A DNA stretch of 64,000 bases, from assembly GCA_965208105.1 (NCBI GenBank), contig OZ242318.1:96001-160000 (forward strand). Direction: 5' to 3'. Of the stretch, positions 53,223 through 62,787 are shown in pieces; positions within the stretch are counted from its first letter, which is position 1, and every line of letters begins with the position of its first letter. Below the pieces are notes generated by a model. That model saw only the letters and a program-made list of their open reading frames with translations, searched no databases and had not been told where the DNA came from. Position numbers and translations under genes: made by a program. This DNA comes from Candidatus Latescibacterota bacterium (GTDB lineage Bacteria > Latescibacterota > UBA2968 > UBA8231).

Positions 53223-54245
53223 ATGCGCTTTGTCCTGCCCATCTGCGTCGTCTTTTCGGTCCTGACCGGCTGTGCCGACCAGGACCCCCTCGCCCCTCCA
53301 TCTGCGACGGCCTGCACGGATGACGGGCGCGTACTCAATGTCGGCTTCTACGCTTTTTTCGCGCCCGTCAGCTACAGCCCCGACCCCGACCCGAATTCCA
53401 CGGGATTCAACTCACATCTGGGCTATGAAGCGGATCTGTTGACGGCCCTCGAGGCCATGGAAGGCGCGGGATTGTCTTTTTCCCGTCGCGGTATCGCGCT
53501 CTGGCCGGACATTTGGCTGCAATCGGCCGGCCCGGAATTCGATTTGGTCGGGGGCGGCATCACCATTCTCGACGCACGTACCCGCGACGCGACGGACAAA
53601 CAGGTAGTCATCTTTACCTCGGGCCATATCGCGTTTCGCCAATCGCTGCTGGTGCGTGCCGAAGATGCCGAGCGCCTGGCCAGTTACGACCACCTGACCA
53701 GTGCGGTGCGCGTGGGAGCTCTGTCCGCCACGACCGGAGAAAGCCGTTTGCTGGCATTGACGGGCCTCGTCGATGCCAACGGGGTTCTGGCCGCGGGTGT
53801 GCGTGTCGAAACAGAGGAAGACACGGTAGTTGCCGATGGCGGCGCGGATTACTTCATCACCGCCGCCGGCGCATCGCCCAACCTCGAAGGGAGGCGACAG
53901 CTTTACCCGCCAGGAAACAACATGCCCCAGGTGATTTATCTCGGAGATGAGACCGGCGAAATGGAACTGCTCGAAGCCCTTGACGCGCGCAGGATAGACG
54001 CACTGGCCCGGGGAGAAATAGGCAATCGCGATGCTGCCCACGCCTCCGGCGGCGCCTTTGTGGTCACCGCCCTCGATGCAGAGGTCGAATATGGCGGTTT
54101 TACGCTGGCGGTGGAAGATACGGGGCTAGCCTCCTGCCTCGATGCGAAGATCAACTATCTGACGGATGACCGCCGCATCGGCTATGGAGAATGGCGGGAA
54201 GATCCTTTGGTTTTCATGCACCGCGCCCAGGCTTCGCCCCCATGA
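53223..54245 (+). CDS. Lipoprotein, family-3-like substrate-binding protein with no adjacent permease
   Basis: Lipobox LTGC after a hydrophobic stretch; VG....F.P.SY, G.E.DL..A, D....GIT....R. Confidence 0.75.
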   Translation: MRFVLPICVVFSVLTGCADQDPLAPPSATACTDDGRVLNVGFYAFFAPVSYSPDPDPNSTGFNSHLGYEADLLTALEAMEGAGLSFSRRGIALWPDIWLQSAGPEFDLVGGGITILDARTRDATDKQVVIFTSGHIAFRQSLLVRAEDAERLASYDHLTSAVRVGALSATTGESRLLALTGLVDANGVLAAGVRVETEEDTVVADGGADYFITAAGASPNLEGRRQLYPPGNNMPQVIYLGDETGEMELLEALDARRIDALARGEIGNRDAAHASGGAFVVTALDAEVEYGGFTLAVEDTGLASCLDAKINYLTDDRRIGYGEWREDPLVFMHRAQASPP

Positions 54246-54341
54246 TAGGGCCGGCCCACCAAACTTCGCGCTTGCAGATGGCAGCGGAAATTGAGCACCC
54301 GGCCGACATCCTCATTCGGAACCCGGTCGTGGCCGCCGCTT

Positions 54342-55205
54342 TCAGTCGAGGCTGATCCGGTAGGAGTTGCGCTCGATGAGCTCGTGGTCGGAGGCGCGGG
54401 CGCTTTTGAGCGCATGGTCGGTCAGGGGCAGGAAGTAGTGGGTCTCGGCGTTCTGCGAGATGAATCCCTCCGCGTAGGCGCAGCCGCCGGCCGAGCCGAA
54501 GGCTCCGTCGCTTGTCTCGATGCGCTTGCGCGCATAGGCGCCGCCGTATCCCTGGCTCACCAGGCAGTCCAGCGCCGCCAGCTTCTTGTCCGCCACGTCG
54601 GTGATGTCGATGAACACGTCGTTGTAGTAGCCGCCCTCGGACTGCCAAACGTTGCGCGGCACCGCTGCCGCGCCCGTTCCGAAGAAGAAGACCTGCGCCG
54701 TCTTGTGGGGGGGATTGCGGTCGCCGGGGTCGACGCTGCCCGCCGACGAGATGGCGTGGAGCACGATCTGCCCGGCCACGGCATGGGGGCCGGTGAGCCC
54801 GTCGCCTTCCTTGGGGAAGTGAGTCAGGACGATGTCGGGGCGCAACTTCCGCAGTAGCCGCGCCAGGCGCCTCACCGTTTCCACCGTGACCAGAAGCACG
54901 GCGTCGTCGGCGCCGAAGAAGTAGATGTCCCGGACACCCAGGATCGCGCACCCGGCGCGTACCTCGTCGGCCTTGACGTCCGAGCGCTCCTGCATCAGCT
55001 CCAGGAGCTCGGATTCCTCTGGAACCTCCTGGCGATGAAACATGGAGTCGCTGATCACCGCGTCGTGCACCCGGGCCCCGTGGGTCAGCACCACGCAGCC
55101 GACGTAGTCTCCCCGGCCGGCGTGGTGCGCCATGGTGCCGCCGGACTGGTCGAATATATCCGCGGGATGGGCTCCGATAGAGAGCAGGCGCAGGGATTCA
55201 CCCAT
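54342..55205 (-). CDS. PIG-L/LmbE-family metalloenzyme, GalB-like (HPAD motif)
   Basis: IGAHPAD..GGT, LT.G, LG, RPD.V.TH, IDIT...KK.AL...SQ, AEGF. Confidence 0.8.
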   Translation of the reverse strand: MGESLRLLSIGAHPADIFDQSGGTMAHHAGRGDYVGCVVLTHGARVHDAVISDSMFHRQEVPEESELLELMQERSDVKADEVRAGCAILGVRDIYFFGADDAVLLVTVETVRRLARLLRKLRPDIVLTHFPKEGDGLTGPHAVAGQIVLHAISSAGSVDPGDRNPPHKTAQVFFFGTGAAAVPRNVWQSEGGYYNDVFIDITDVADKKLAALDCLVSQGYGGAYARKRIETSDGAFGSAGGCAYAEGFISQNAETHYFLPLTDHALKSARASDHELIERNSYRISLD

Positions 55206-55209
55206 GGTA

Positions 55210-55662
55210 TTATTCTCCTCCACCTGTCCATTGTGAGCGCGAACCGAAGATTTGCCTGTCCGCCGAGTAACGCCCCGGCCCGGCGGCCAGCAGCAGGACG
55301 CTGATGCAGAGGTATACGGCGGCCAGCTCGTAGGACGATCCTCCCACCGAGACGAAGGGGTCGCCGCGCATGAAGGCGTGCATGCAGACCGCGACGATCA
55401 TGGTGCAGCCGAGGCCCAGGGCCGCGAGGGGGGTCAGCAGGCCCACGATCCAGGCTATGCCGCCGCCGAACTCGGAAAGGGCGGCCAGGGCCTGGAAGAT
55501 GCCGGGGGCGAAGCCTTCCGGGCCCATCCAGCCGAAGGGGTTCTGGATCTTTGGCCAGCCGTGAATGGCAAAGGCGAGGCCGGAGACCACCCGCAGCAGA
55601 AGCAGCGCCCAATGGGTGACGCAGGATTGCTCGGGGACGGAGAACAGTCTCTTGAAGTTCAT
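55210..55662 (-). CDS. DoxX family membrane protein
   Basis: LLLRV..G.AF..HGW.KI, EF.GG, GLLT, G.GRYS.D. Confidence 0.88.
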   Translation of the reverse strand: MNFKRLFSVPEQSCVTHWALLLLRVVSGLAFAIHGWPKIQNPFGWMGPEGFAPGIFQALAALSEFGGGIAWIVGLLTPLAALGLGCTMIVAVCMHAFMRGDPFVSVGGSSYELAAVYLCISVLLLAAGPGRYSADRQIFGSRSQWTGGGE

Positions 55663-55959
55663 GGAAGGTTCCTTTCGAGGGTGTGTCTGACCGGGTGAGC
55701 CTCTTCCCGGGTGAGGCGAGGGGCAAAGTTCCGGCGGGGGATGGCCCCGGGGACCTGTTCCGGAGCTGGCCAGGCGGCTATTCAGCCGGGTCCGCGCGGT
55801 AGAGTATAGGGGAAGGAGGGGCGGGTGTCCATTGGGCCGATGCCGTGCGGTCGGATCCTCGCGGGTTTCGCCAATAATCTCCTGTTTTTCAGGTATAGCC
55901 GCGTATAGCCGCACGGCTCAGGTCATCCTGCCGCGCAATATGCCGGCGTGCTGGGTCGG

Positions 55960-56925
55960 TCAGCTCATGGCATCCACCGCCCGTTGTGCCATCTCCAGGG
56001 CTTTCCTGTAGTTGAGCCGCACCCCGTCTGCGGGAGTTCCTCCAGGCGGGGCGTAGTGGGAGGCGGCGGCGATGACCACCTCCGACCTGTTCCGGGCAAA
56101 GGAGCGGAAGAGGGCGGGGTAGTCCGGATCGCCGGTGCCGAGCTCACACCACTCGAACCTGCACGAGGGGCCGTCAATGGTGCGCGTGTCCTTAAGGTGC
56201 AGGCTCTTCAGGTAGGGCTTCAGGTTCTCGTAGCCGGTTGTCACCGTGTCGCGTTCGCCCGCCAGCATGGCGTCTCCGGGGCACCACTTGGCCTTGAAGC
56301 GCGGCGAATCGACGCGCTCGACGATTTCCAGGAAGTGGCGGCTCGTGTTCACGTACTCCCAGGGGTGGACCATGAGCAGGACGTCCATGTCGTGCTCGTC
56401 GGCGAGGTCGGCGACGATGCGGAGAGCCGCGACGATCTTTTCCAGCTCTCGGGGCGGAATGACGCCGCCCCCGGTTGCGTGGCGCCAGGACCAGGTCGGA
56501 CTCGGCCGCTTTCCGGTGTGGAACTCGCCGGGCCAGGCGAACCCCGAGCACTGCGCCAGCGGCGCTCCGACGATTTTGGCGAAAACCATGGTACGGCGCA
56601 GGTTGTCCAGGTCGCGCACGAATTCGGGGTTGGTGCGCAGATCGGCGAGCTGGACCTCGTCTATGTGCAGGGTCTTGAAGGGATTGGGCGACGAGCACCC
56701 GACCGCGTTGGTCTGCAGCCTGGCGTCGTCGAGAATGCGCCTGCGGTAGTTCGCGTGCTCGTCGGTGAGCTTTTCCGGCTCGACGAAATATTCCACGTAG
56801 CGCGCACCCAGCTCGCCGGCGACCCCCACCGCTTCCTCGAAGGGCAGGGCGGTCTCGGAAAGCAAAACCCCCATCTTGAATTTGTAGCCGTTCACTGCAC
56901 TGTATTTCCTAGCCATCGTCTCCAC
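55960..56925 (-). CDS. Sugar phosphate isomerase/epimerase-like TIM-barrel protein
   Basis: HLKD, LG.G..DY; several metal ligands look degenerate. Confidence 0.7.
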   Translation of the reverse strand: METMARKYSAVNGYKFKMGVLLSETALPFEEAVGVAGELGARYVEYFVEPEKLTDEHANYRRRILDDARLQTNAVGCSSPNPFKTLHIDEVQLADLRTNPEFVRDLDNLRRTMVFAKIVGAPLAQCSGFAWPGEFHTGKRPSPTWSWRHATGGGVIPPRELEKIVAALRIVADLADEHDMDVLLMVHPWEYVNTSRHFLEIVERVDSPRFKAKWCPGDAMLAGERDTVTTGYENLKPYLKSLHLKDTRTIDGPSCRFEWCELGTGDPDYPALFRSFARNRSEVVIAAASHYAPPGGTPADGVRLNYRKALEMAQRAVDAMS

Positions 56926-57727
56926 GGTCCCTGGCCGGGGACTTCATTGCGCGGTTGCTGCCCTTGGAACTCTCGCCGCCGTCGGCGAAGAGGCAGGTGC
57001 CGGTGACGAAGGAGGCGTCGTCGGAGGCCAGGAACAGGACGCAGGCGGCGATCTCCCCGGGCAGGGCCGCCCTCCTGAGCATGGTGGATTGTCCGAACTC
57101 TTCCTTGAACGAGCCGGGGGTTTTCCCGGCCGCCGCGGCGCGCTTCTCATGGAAGGGGGTGTAGGTCGGTCCCGGGCAAAGGGCGTTGACCCGGATGCCT
57201 TCCTCGGCGTGGTCAAAGGCCATTGCCCTGGTCAGTCCGGTGACCGCTGCCTTGGTGGTATCGTACTGCACCGCGTTGCGGCTCGCTATCACGGCGCTGT
57301 TGGAGGCTATGTTGACGATGCTGCCCTTGCCACTTTTGCTCAGGTAGGGGATCGCGGCCCTGGCGCAGAAGGCGTAGCCCTTGACGTTCACCGCCCAGAT
57401 GGCGTCCCAGCTTTCCTCGCTGGCTTCGGTGACGCTGTGGTAGAGGCGGATGGCGGCGTTGTTAACCAGGATGTCGAGCCGACCGAAATGCTCGGCCGCG
57501 CGCCGGATAAAATCGCTGGCTTCGGATTCGCGGTCCATGCGGGCCTCCACGAACAGCACCTCTCCACCGGCTGCCTCGATCTGCGCGGCGATTCCGGCGC
57601 CGCGGCTGCCGTCGCGGTCGGCAAATGCCACCTGTGCGCCCTCCTCCACGAACCGCCGCACCGTGGCCTCGCCGATGCCCGACGCACCCCCGGTGACCGC
57701 CGCGACCTTGCCGGCCAGTCTTCCCAT
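56909..57727 (-). CDS. Short-chain dehydrogenase/reductase
   Basis: TGGASGIG, NNAA, YDTTK, IRVNALCPG, SFVTG...DGG. Confidence 0.92.
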   Translation of the reverse strand: MGRLAGKVAAVTGGASGIGEATVRRFVEEGAQVAFADRDGSRGAGIAAQIEAAGGEVLFVEARMDRESEASDFIRRAAEHFGRLDILVNNAAIRLYHSVTEASEESWDAIWAVNVKGYAFCARAAIPYLSKSGKGSIVNIASNSAVIASRNAVQYDTTKAAVTGLTRAMAFDHAEEGIRVNALCPGPTYTPFHEKRAAAAGKTPGSFKEEFGQSTMLRRAALPGEIAACVLFLASDDASFVTGTCLFADGGESSKGSNRAMKSPARDRGDDG

Positions 57728-57783
57728 CTGTCACCTCCTCGAAGGCATGGAGTCCCGCAGGAGGGCGGGCGTCCGCTCCCCGA

Positions 57784-58152
57784 TCAGCGCTGCTCGTCCT
57801 GGGTGGGGAATTCCGCCGGCATGCAGATCTCGATGACCTCGAAGTCCTCGGAGAACTCCAGCACCTCGTGCGGGACCTTGGGATCCTGCTGCCAGCTGTC
57901 GCCGGCCTCGAAGCGCACCTCCCCGACGTCCTCGATCTCGACCCGGGTCCAGCCGCGCAGCACGTAGTTCATCTGGAACTGGAGATCGTGGGAATGATAG
58001 CCGCCCGGGCCGCTGCAAGATTCGGTGGCGCGGATGACGTGGACGAGCAAACCGCCCTTGGTGGCCTCGACGCTGCCGAGGTCGCGGTACTCGAAGTAGC
58101 TGCGCAGGCCGGGCTTCCATTCCGCCGACTTGTGAAAGGACATGGTGGCCAT
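57784..58152 (-). CDS. Cupin domain protein
   Basis: GLR.YFEYRDLG, HSHD.QFQ..YVLRGW, GD.....P...H. Confidence 0.85.
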   Translation of the reverse strand: MATMSFHKSAEWKPGLRSYFEYRDLGSVEATKGGLLVHVIRATESCSGPGGYHSHDLQFQMNYVLRGWTRVEIEDVGEVRFEAGDSWQQDPKVPHEVLEFSEDFEVIEICMPAEFPTQDEQR

Positions 58153-58311
58153 GATGATCGATCCTCCTGGGTTGGGATGGGCAGGGGAAATTTTCCGCAT
58201 GAGAGGGGGATGAGTCCCCCTCAATCCCTCTGTCGGGAAACGCGTGGAGGGAACGGTACTAAGCAGGCAGGAGAAATAAGCACCCTGGCGGTAGCTGGGT
58301 CAAGGCAGTCT

Positions 58312-58866
58312 TCACTGCTTGGCCACCGCGTCTCCGAGGCGGATGACGCCGGCCCGGACCACCCGCGTATTGATGCCGCGCAGGCAAAGCTCCCGGCCCT
58401 CGGGCCCGTTGACCAGTTGCATGGCGTCCAGGCCGAAGTGCTCGACGAACTTCTTGCAGCCGGTGTGGGGTTCGCCGGTGACCTGGATGACGGCGGAGCC
58501 GATGGACAGATGGGTCCCAGCCGGCAAGTTGGTCAGACTGAGGTCCAGGTCGATGTAGAGCTGGTCTCCGGCCAGGGGCCAGCGCTCCCGGCAGGTGGCG
58601 ACGAGGTCGGCTGCGCGGGCGTTCATGATGGTCAGCTGGGCCAACGGGTTGGGTTCGCGCGGCGGGTTGGAGGCTGCTCCCCGGGTCTTCCAGTTGTCGC
58701 CCACCAGACCCTCGCCCGGGTCCAGTTGGCCTTCGCGCAGCAGCTCCCGTTTGCCGATGTCGGGGCGGCGGGCGATGAGTTGCAGCACCCCCTGGTCGGC
58801 GGGGGATCGGCGAATGTGGTCCACGCCGGCTTGCAGTTGCTCCATGCTCAGGTGCTCGGCTTGCAT
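58312..58866 (-). CDS. MOSC domain protein
   Basis: GLVGD.W, AGDQL..D.DLS..NLP.G, PHTGCKKF, RG...V...G.I..GD. Confidence 0.85.
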   Translation of the reverse strand: MQAEHLSMEQLQAGVDHIRRSPADQGVLQLIARRPDIGKRELLREGQLDPGEGLVGDNWKTRGAASNPPREPNPLAQLTIMNARAADLVATCRERWPLAGDQLYIDLDLSLTNLPAGTHLSIGSAVIQVTGEPHTGCKKFVEHFGLDAMQLVNGPEGRELCLRGINTRVVRAGVIRLGDAVAKQ

Positions 58867-58889
58867 CGGTCAACCTCCGTGAAGCTCGT

Positions 58890-59618
58890 TTAAATCGCGG
58901 CGTCCACCAGAAGCTCGCGTTCGCCCTGGGGCTGTACGGGCCGGTTGTTGCCGTGGATGATTGCTCTGAATCGGGCGATTTGCGCCGCGGACAGCTCCAC
59001 GGGGGTCGCCAGCACGAGCCACTTGACTCCCTCTGAACAGGGCGGGGTAGTCAGAGAGCCGTCGTAGCGGTATGTGTGCCTGGGGGCCGGCAACAAATCT
59101 TCGGCGTTGATGGCGACGTTCCCGTGGTGCTGCGCTGCTCCAGCGGCCCCTGGCAGGTGCGCCCAAAGAGGTTCGAATGCGGCGTTTTCGCCGCCCTGCT
59201 CGATCAGCACTCCAATGACCGCGAGGGTGCCGTTCCCGTCCTGGTGAACGAGGTGCATCTCCATGTCGAAGGACCTGCCGGCCACCGTATGCTCGCAGGG
59301 GGCGTGGAAATGGAATTGCAGCAGCTCGTACCTTGCGTCGCCGACCTCGATCCAGTTCTCTGAGGTGGATGCCACTTCAATTGTATGGCCGTTGTTGCGG
59401 ATTTCCAGGGCGGTGGGCCGGTAGTTGAAGACGACAGCCGGAAGCTTCGCCTCGGTGGGGTCTGCCAGGTCGATGGGGGATTGGTGGGCGCCCTCGGCGC
59501 AAAGGATGAATTCCGGGCTCAGGCGGCCCCAGACATCGGGTCCGTTACCAACTTCGTAGCCCCACTCCAAATGCTCTGTCCGCGGTGGCGCATTTTCCGA
59601 GTTTGCATGGCTGCTCAT
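58890..59618 (-). CDS. Alpha-class carbonic anhydrase
   Basis: W.Y..G.GP..WG, QSPID, NNGHT, QFHFH..EH, EMHLVH, YDGSLTTPPCSEGV.W, N.RPVQ. Confidence 0.93.
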   Translation of the reverse strand: MSSHANSENAPPRTEHLEWGYEVGNGPDVWGRLSPEFILCAEGAHQSPIDLADPTEAKLPAVVFNYRPTALEIRNNGHTIEVASTSENWIEVGDARYELLQFHFHAPCEHTVAGRSFDMEMHLVHQDGNGTLAVIGVLIEQGGENAAFEPLWAHLPGAAGAAQHHGNVAINAEDLLPAPRHTYRYDGSLTTPPCSEGVKWLVLATPVELSAAQIARFRAIIHGNNRPVQPQGERELLVDAAI

Positions 59619-59791
59619 GGCGATTCCAGGGCCAGGGAAGAAATTACAAGTGCAATATAAAGACAAAGGCAAAGGTGGCAAGTAACTCCCAGTCGGATGA
59701 CGGGCCTCATCAATACGTTGAATTTATGGAGCGCAAAATTGAGAAGCCGGCGTTCCACCGTGGCTTCCTTTAACCAGGCGTGGCAGCGTAT

Positions 59792-60301
59792 CTACTCCTC
59801 CTCGGACGGTCCGAGCAGTTCGTCCAGCTTGGCCCTGATCTTTTCCTCGGATCCGGGCCTATACCCCTGGTGCTTGTAGAATACCGTCCCGTCCTCGCGG
59901 ATGATCAGGGTCGCCGGCATGCCCACCAACTGGAACTGCTTGAGCACCTCGTTGGTATTGTCGAGCAAAACCGGCAGTGTAAGCTTGTGGCGCTGCAGGA
60001 AGGGACGCACCTTGGGCAGATTCCTGGGGCCGTCCACGTTGATCGTAAGCACCTGAACCCGGCGCTTGGCGAACTCCTCGGACAGGGTTTGGAGCTTGGG
60101 CAGAGCCTTGATGCAGGGCTTGCACCAGGTGGCCCAGAAGTCCAGGACCACAGGGCCTTCCTTCAGCGTTTCCTCCAGGGAAAAAGTCGATCCGTCGAGA
60201 TTTTCAAGCACCAGCCGCGGGGCCTTCTCTGCCTGGGAAGGCGGACCCAACAGCAGGCAGGTTGCCGAGGCGAGGACGAGTTTCGTCATTTTATCCATCA
60301 T
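59792..60301 (-). CDS. TlpA-family disulfide reductase (exported)
   Basis: Signal-like N-terminus, DFWATWCKPC, cis-Pro loop GMPAT. Confidence 0.92.
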   Translation of the reverse strand: MMDKMTKLVLASATCLLLGPPSQAEKAPRLVLENLDGSTFSLEETLKEGPVVLDFWATWCKPCIKALPKLQTLSEEFAKRRVQVLTINVDGPRNLPKVRPFLQRHKLTLPVLLDNTNEVLKQFQLVGMPATLIIREDGTVFYKHQGYRPGSEEKIRAKLDELLGPSEEE

Positions 60302-60451
60302 GGAAGGCCTTTCGGGGCCGTTGCAGCAGACCCCTTTGGCTCTGACGACCTGGTGATTAGGTGATTACTATCCTGACCGGAAAACCTGCTTGCCGGAGCC
60401 GATGATACCAAGGGGACCCATTTAATGGAACTTCACCACAGGACCGGGTCC

Positions 60452-61975
60452 ATGCGCTCAGTATTCGCCTTGACAATTCTGCTGGCTGCTCCCCTTCATG
60501 CCCAGTTGAGCCTTTCGACCTTGACCGAGGCCCAGGCCGGCGACCTTCCCGGGGCAGGGTCCAGGGGCCTGCGCACAATCTACCATCAGTTTAGTCTCGA
60601 CTATGCCCTCGCCGGTCTCCGCGTCGGGGTCCGCGGCGAGACCTTCGGCGCCAGCTCCGCCAGGCGCAGCTACGGCCAGTTTCTCCAGCGCTTCGCCACC
60701 TACGGCCGGGGACCATTTCAGGCCACCGTCGGACATTTCTATACGATTGTCGGGAGCGGTCTCCTCGCCCACGCCTTCGAGCTTCCGGGGGTCATCACCG
60801 AGGATCGGGGCACCCGCCGCCGCTACCAGATCGTTCGCGACCTCGAAGGCGTGCAGCTGCGCTACCGCGCCCGCGGCGCCGAGGTGATGCTCCTGCGCGG
60901 GTCGCCGGTGAACAGCAACCTTGCCCCCGGCCTGGAGGGGGTCGACCGCCGACCGGACGACCTCCAGGGCGGCTCGCTCCAGCTCAAGCCGCACCCTCAC
61001 TTCGACACCGGGTTCAGCGTGGTCGGCTACGACATCGGGGGGCACCGGGAAACCGGAGGGGCATTCAACGCCCGATGGAGGGCGGCCCCGATGCTTGCCC
61101 GCCTCGGTCTCGGGGGAACCTACCTCGATCTCAGCCTCGTCTACGCCCGTCGCGATTTGTCCCTCGATCGCTTCTTCAACTTCGACCGCAACCAGGGCCG
61201 AGCCCTGTACCTGGCCGCGACCACGACCTCCGGGTCCTTGGGCTTGAGCCTGGAATACAAAGACTACCGGGATTTCGCCCTCGAGCACATCAACAATCCA
61301 CCGCCCCTGATCCGCGAGCACTCGGCCTATCTCCTCAACCGCAACACCCACGACCTGCTCGCCGACGACGAGGAGGGCTACCAGGCCGAGCTGAGCTACT
61401 CCCTTCCGGGGGGACAGATCCTGACGGCCAACGCAACCCGCGCCACCCGGCGCCGGGGCCCGGGACCGGACGACGACAAGGAGCTGCGCGAGTTCTTCGT
61501 GCAGATCGATTCACCCCTGGGCCAGAATGCCGAGGTGCAGATAATCGCCGACTACAGCCACAACCAGATTCTCATCGACGAGAAAAGCCGCTTCATGGGC
61601 ACCAACTGGACCTGGTCTCCGGACGGACTCCACTCCATCGGTCTCGACGTCCAGTTCCAGGACGTGGACCGGAGTCTGGGGACCCTGGTCTTACCCTACA
61701 CCAACCAATTCCTTGGCCTGGAGGTCCACCGCTCACCTGGTCTCTCCGCCGCGGTGCAGGTGCAGCGCAGCTCAGACGAGCTGGAGACCGGGGCGCATCC
61801 CTCGGGCGTCACCTGGTGGCGCGGCCTCAATCTGGGTGCGGATGTGGGAGAGGGCCATAGCCTCAATGTATTCGCCGGACAGCGGCGCTCCGGCCTGGCC
61901 TGCACCGCAGGCATCTGCTACGAGGTCCTGGGGTTCGAGGGGGTGGAGGTCCGGCTGCTCAATCGCTTCTTCTGA
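60452..61975 (+). CDS. Predicted outer-membrane beta-barrel protein with C-terminal CTAGIC motif (DUF6029-like)
   Basis: Signal peptide ending LHA-Q, amphipathic strands, G.FY..VGSG, EYKDY, GLACTAGICYEV..FEG, terminal Phe; DUF label from memory. Confidence 0.65.
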   Translation: MRSVFALTILLAAPLHAQLSLSTLTEAQAGDLPGAGSRGLRTIYHQFSLDYALAGLRVGVRGETFGASSARRSYGQFLQRFATYGRGPFQATVGHFYTIVGSGLLAHAFELPGVITEDRGTRRRYQIVRDLEGVQLRYRARGAEVMLLRGSPVNSNLAPGLEGVDRRPDDLQGGSLQLKPHPHFDTGFSVVGYDIGGHRETGGAFNARWRAAPMLARLGLGGTYLDLSLVYARRDLSLDRFFNFDRNQGRALYLAATTTSGSLGLSLEYKDYRDFALEHINNPPPLIREHSAYLLNRNTHDLLADDEEGYQAELSYSLPGGQILTANATRATRRRGPGPDDDKELREFFVQIDSPLGQNAEVQIIADYSHNQILIDEKSRFMGTNWTWSPDGLHSIGLDVQFQDVDRSLGTLVLPYTNQFLGLEVHRSPGLSAAVQVQRSSDELETGAHPSGVTWWRGLNLGADVGEGHSLNVFAGQRRSGLACTAGICYEVLGFEGVEVRLLNRFF

Positions 61976-61977
61976 TT

Positions 61978-62787
61978 TCACCTGAGGAGGAGGAGCTTGC
62001 GGACTTCCGCGCCCTGGTCCCAGCGCAGCCGGTAGAGATAGACCCCGCTGGTTGCCGGTCGTCCCTCCTGGTCGCGGCCGTCCCAGCGCAGCGCGAACCT
62101 TCCGGGCTGGCTGGGTCCTTTGACCAGCAGCGCAACGGGCTGGCCGAGCAGATTGAAGATCCCCAGCTCGACCTGGGCAGGGTGCGGCAGCTCGAAGCGG
62201 ATCACGGTTTCGCTGTTGAACGGGTTGGGCGCGTTCTGCGCAAGCGAAAAGGACAGGGGGATGGATGCCTCGATGTCTTCCACCGCCGTATCATCTATTT
62301 CCTCCAGGGCCTGGGCTATCTCGCCGCGGAGAATGTCCCAACCCACAAGGGAGTTGACCTTGTAGCTGAAAATGCCCTCGTGGTCGATGACGGCGAAGCT
62401 CTGGTACCCCAGACCATAGTTTGCCGACATTCCACTGGCGTTGAGGAGAAAGGGCATGGTCACCCCCTTGCCGGCGCGCCAGAGCGACCGCACCTGTTTT
62501 GCGGTGCCGTCCCACGCGTCGGCCCCCAGGGCCACGAAGGGTTGGTCGGAAAATTCCTGCCAGATCTGCTCGAATCCCTCGGCACGCGAGAGACAGGTTC
62601 CTCAGTTGTATCCCAGGAAGAAGATCAGCACCACCTTGCCGCGGAAATCGCCGAGCGCCGCCTGGCCGCCGTCGAGGCGGTTCAAAAGGAAGTCCGGGGC
62701 CGCCTCTCCAACCTGCGGCACCTGGGCGTCGAGGGCCGAAGTCCCCAACACCGCCAGGCTCGCCAAAAGCACTAAACACTTTTTCAT
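61978..62787 (-). CDS. Secreted selenoprotein: AhpC/TSA-redoxin domain with UxxC (Sec at TGA 62602-62604) plus FlgD-Ig/T9SS-like C-terminal domain, 269 aa
   Basis: RBS AAGGAGG then MKKCLVLLASLAVLG...VGEAAPDF.L..LDG....L.DFRGKVVLIFFLGYN-TGA-GTC, continuing in frame into ORF 61978-62535 (QNAPNPFN..WDGRD..SGVYLY). Confidence 0.82.
62572..62601 (-). promoter_or_regulatory. Candidate bacterial SECIS hairpin immediately 3' of the in-frame UGA
   Basis: UGA-GGAACCUG-UCUCUCG-[CGUGC]-CGAGGGA-UUC; 7-bp stem, loop starts 16 nt after UGA with G at loop position 2. Confidence 0.6.
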
